A stretch of DNA of 24,253 nt from Chiloscyllium plagiosum (Eukaryota). Below the pieces are notes generated by a model, which was not told the DNA's origin, made no database searches, and was given only the letters and a program-made list of their open reading frames with translations. The position numbers and the translations under genes were made by a program. The stretch spans positions 30,475,477 to 30,499,729 of the forward strand of contig NC_057719.1 of assembly GCF_004010195.1 (NCBI RefSeq). The letters run 5' to 3'. This document shows, piece by piece, positions 23,103 to 24,253 of the stretch (positions within the stretch are counted from its first letter, which is position 1; every line of letters begins with the position of its first letter).

Positions 23103-24253
23103 GGGGGATCTAAGATGGCGGCGATCTGAGAAGATCACACTGCAGAGCTTCGCATCACAGCAGGAGCAGGACGGTCCTTTAACCCGCCCAACCCAGGTCA
23201 TCAGGATTTCTTGGGGCGTTGGAAAGATTGTGGAGCCCCAAGAAACATTTAAAAATTGACTTACCTGTATTTTCAGCTGTCCAGAAATGCCTAAAAAGGG
23301 AGGAAGAGCATCCGAGGCTGGGTCTGCAGCTCAGCCTGCAGCAGCCTCGGAGCCAATTACTCTCCAGGACCTGGTGAACCAGTTCTCGAAATCTCGCGAG
23401 ATGCTGGAGAAACAGATTGAAGAGAAGCTGGCTCCAGTCTCTCTCATGCTGCAGAAGCATGAGCAGCAGCTGGGAGACCTGGAGAAGAGAACGGATGAGG
23501 TGGAGCACAGGGTCACAGTGGTGGAAGCTGATGCCAGTTCATTCAAGGATGAGATCCAAGCCTTGAAGACGCAGGTTCGTAACTTGCGTGACCAAGTGGA
23601 TGATCTTAAAAACAGGGGCAGGAGAAAAAACATTCGGAGGGTAAGGAAGATGAGCGGCCTGCAGAATTTGTTGAAGATTGGCTTCCGAAATTCCTGGACT
23701 TGGAGATTGGCATGAGAGGATTGAAGACAGAGAGGGCTCACCAGGTCGCAGCGCGGAGGTCGGGTCTGGGTCAACACCCTCGTCCTTTCCTGGTGCGGTT
23801 CCATCATTACTGGGATAAGGAGAGAGTCATGGAGGCTTTCAGACTCCAGGGGAAGGATCCAAAGGCCCTAATTTACGAGGGGTTTTTCAGAACTTTTCAG
23901 CGGCGGTGATCCAGAAACTAAATTGTATGATGGTGTCAAGAGAAGACTGAAGGAGCTTGGGATTCAGTACTCCGAGATATCCGGCAGTGCTTTGGATCAC
24001 CTTAGATGGATCCATGCATCTCTTTGACACATCGGAGAAGGCAAGAGACCTTGTGGACAAACGAACCTAATTTAAACAATTGTAGTATGTATAAATATTG
24101 TTGCTTGGGTATGCGTTTATCATTCTGTAAAAAGAAATGGAGGAAATCCGTTTGGAGCTTTGTTTTTCCCCCTTTTTCCTCTATTGATAATAATTTGGTT
24201 CAAACTACGTCTGGCAGTGGTTAAGATGTACATTTTAAATTTCTAAGTTAGGA
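23103..24253 (+). mobile_element. 5' end of an L1 (LINE-1) retrotransposon, continuing past the window edge
   Basis: Begins GGGGGATCTAAGATGGCGGCG (G-run plus YY1 motif), then a ~185-bp 5'UTR, ORF1 and an AT-rich spacer. Confidence 0.88.
23287..24070 (+). pseudogene. Frameshifted L1 ORF1p (coiled coil, RRM, CTD)
   Basis: Heptad region ending DDLKNRGRRKNIR. After frameshifts near 23637, 23880 and 23973: ERAHQV..PRPFLVRFHHYWDKERVM, FFQNFSAAVIQK, RYPAVLWIT..FDTSEKA..*. Confidence 0.88.

Noticed and set aside
23700..23909. ORF beginning MEIG, like the ZC3H14 N-terminus (ZC3H14 is the divergent neighbour of PTPN21 in human)
   Set aside because: It starts with TTG and the rest is the L1 ORF1 RRM region. 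No ZC3H14 exon was recognised in the window.

Overview
Vertebrate genomic DNA, most likely from a shark or other cartilaginous fish (inferred from HE1-type V-SINE, HER1/CR1 LINE and Penelope repeats). The only host gene is the 5' end of ptpn21 on the minus strand: a CpG-rich promoter and putative non-coding exon 1 near 13.3-13.6 kb, a ~10.5-kb first intron, and the first coding exon (CDS 2670-2491, start of the FERM domain). The rest is mostly nested, degenerate transposon debris: several CR1/HER1 copies, a Tx1-type L1 remnant, a Tigger/pogo-like MITE, a V-SINE, a Gypsy integrase relic, and the 5' end of an L1 with a disrupted ORF1. Most notable are three Penelope pLTR copies with minimal hammerhead ribozyme cores, four insertions sharing one Rex1/Babar-type 3' stem-loop tail behind unrelated bodies, three uORFs in the ptpn21 leader, and a perfect antisense splice donor in the L1 5'UTR pointing at ptpn21. 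I found no convincing wholly new gene system. Repeat family names are by recognition only, with no database search. There is an assembly gap at 9621-9795.
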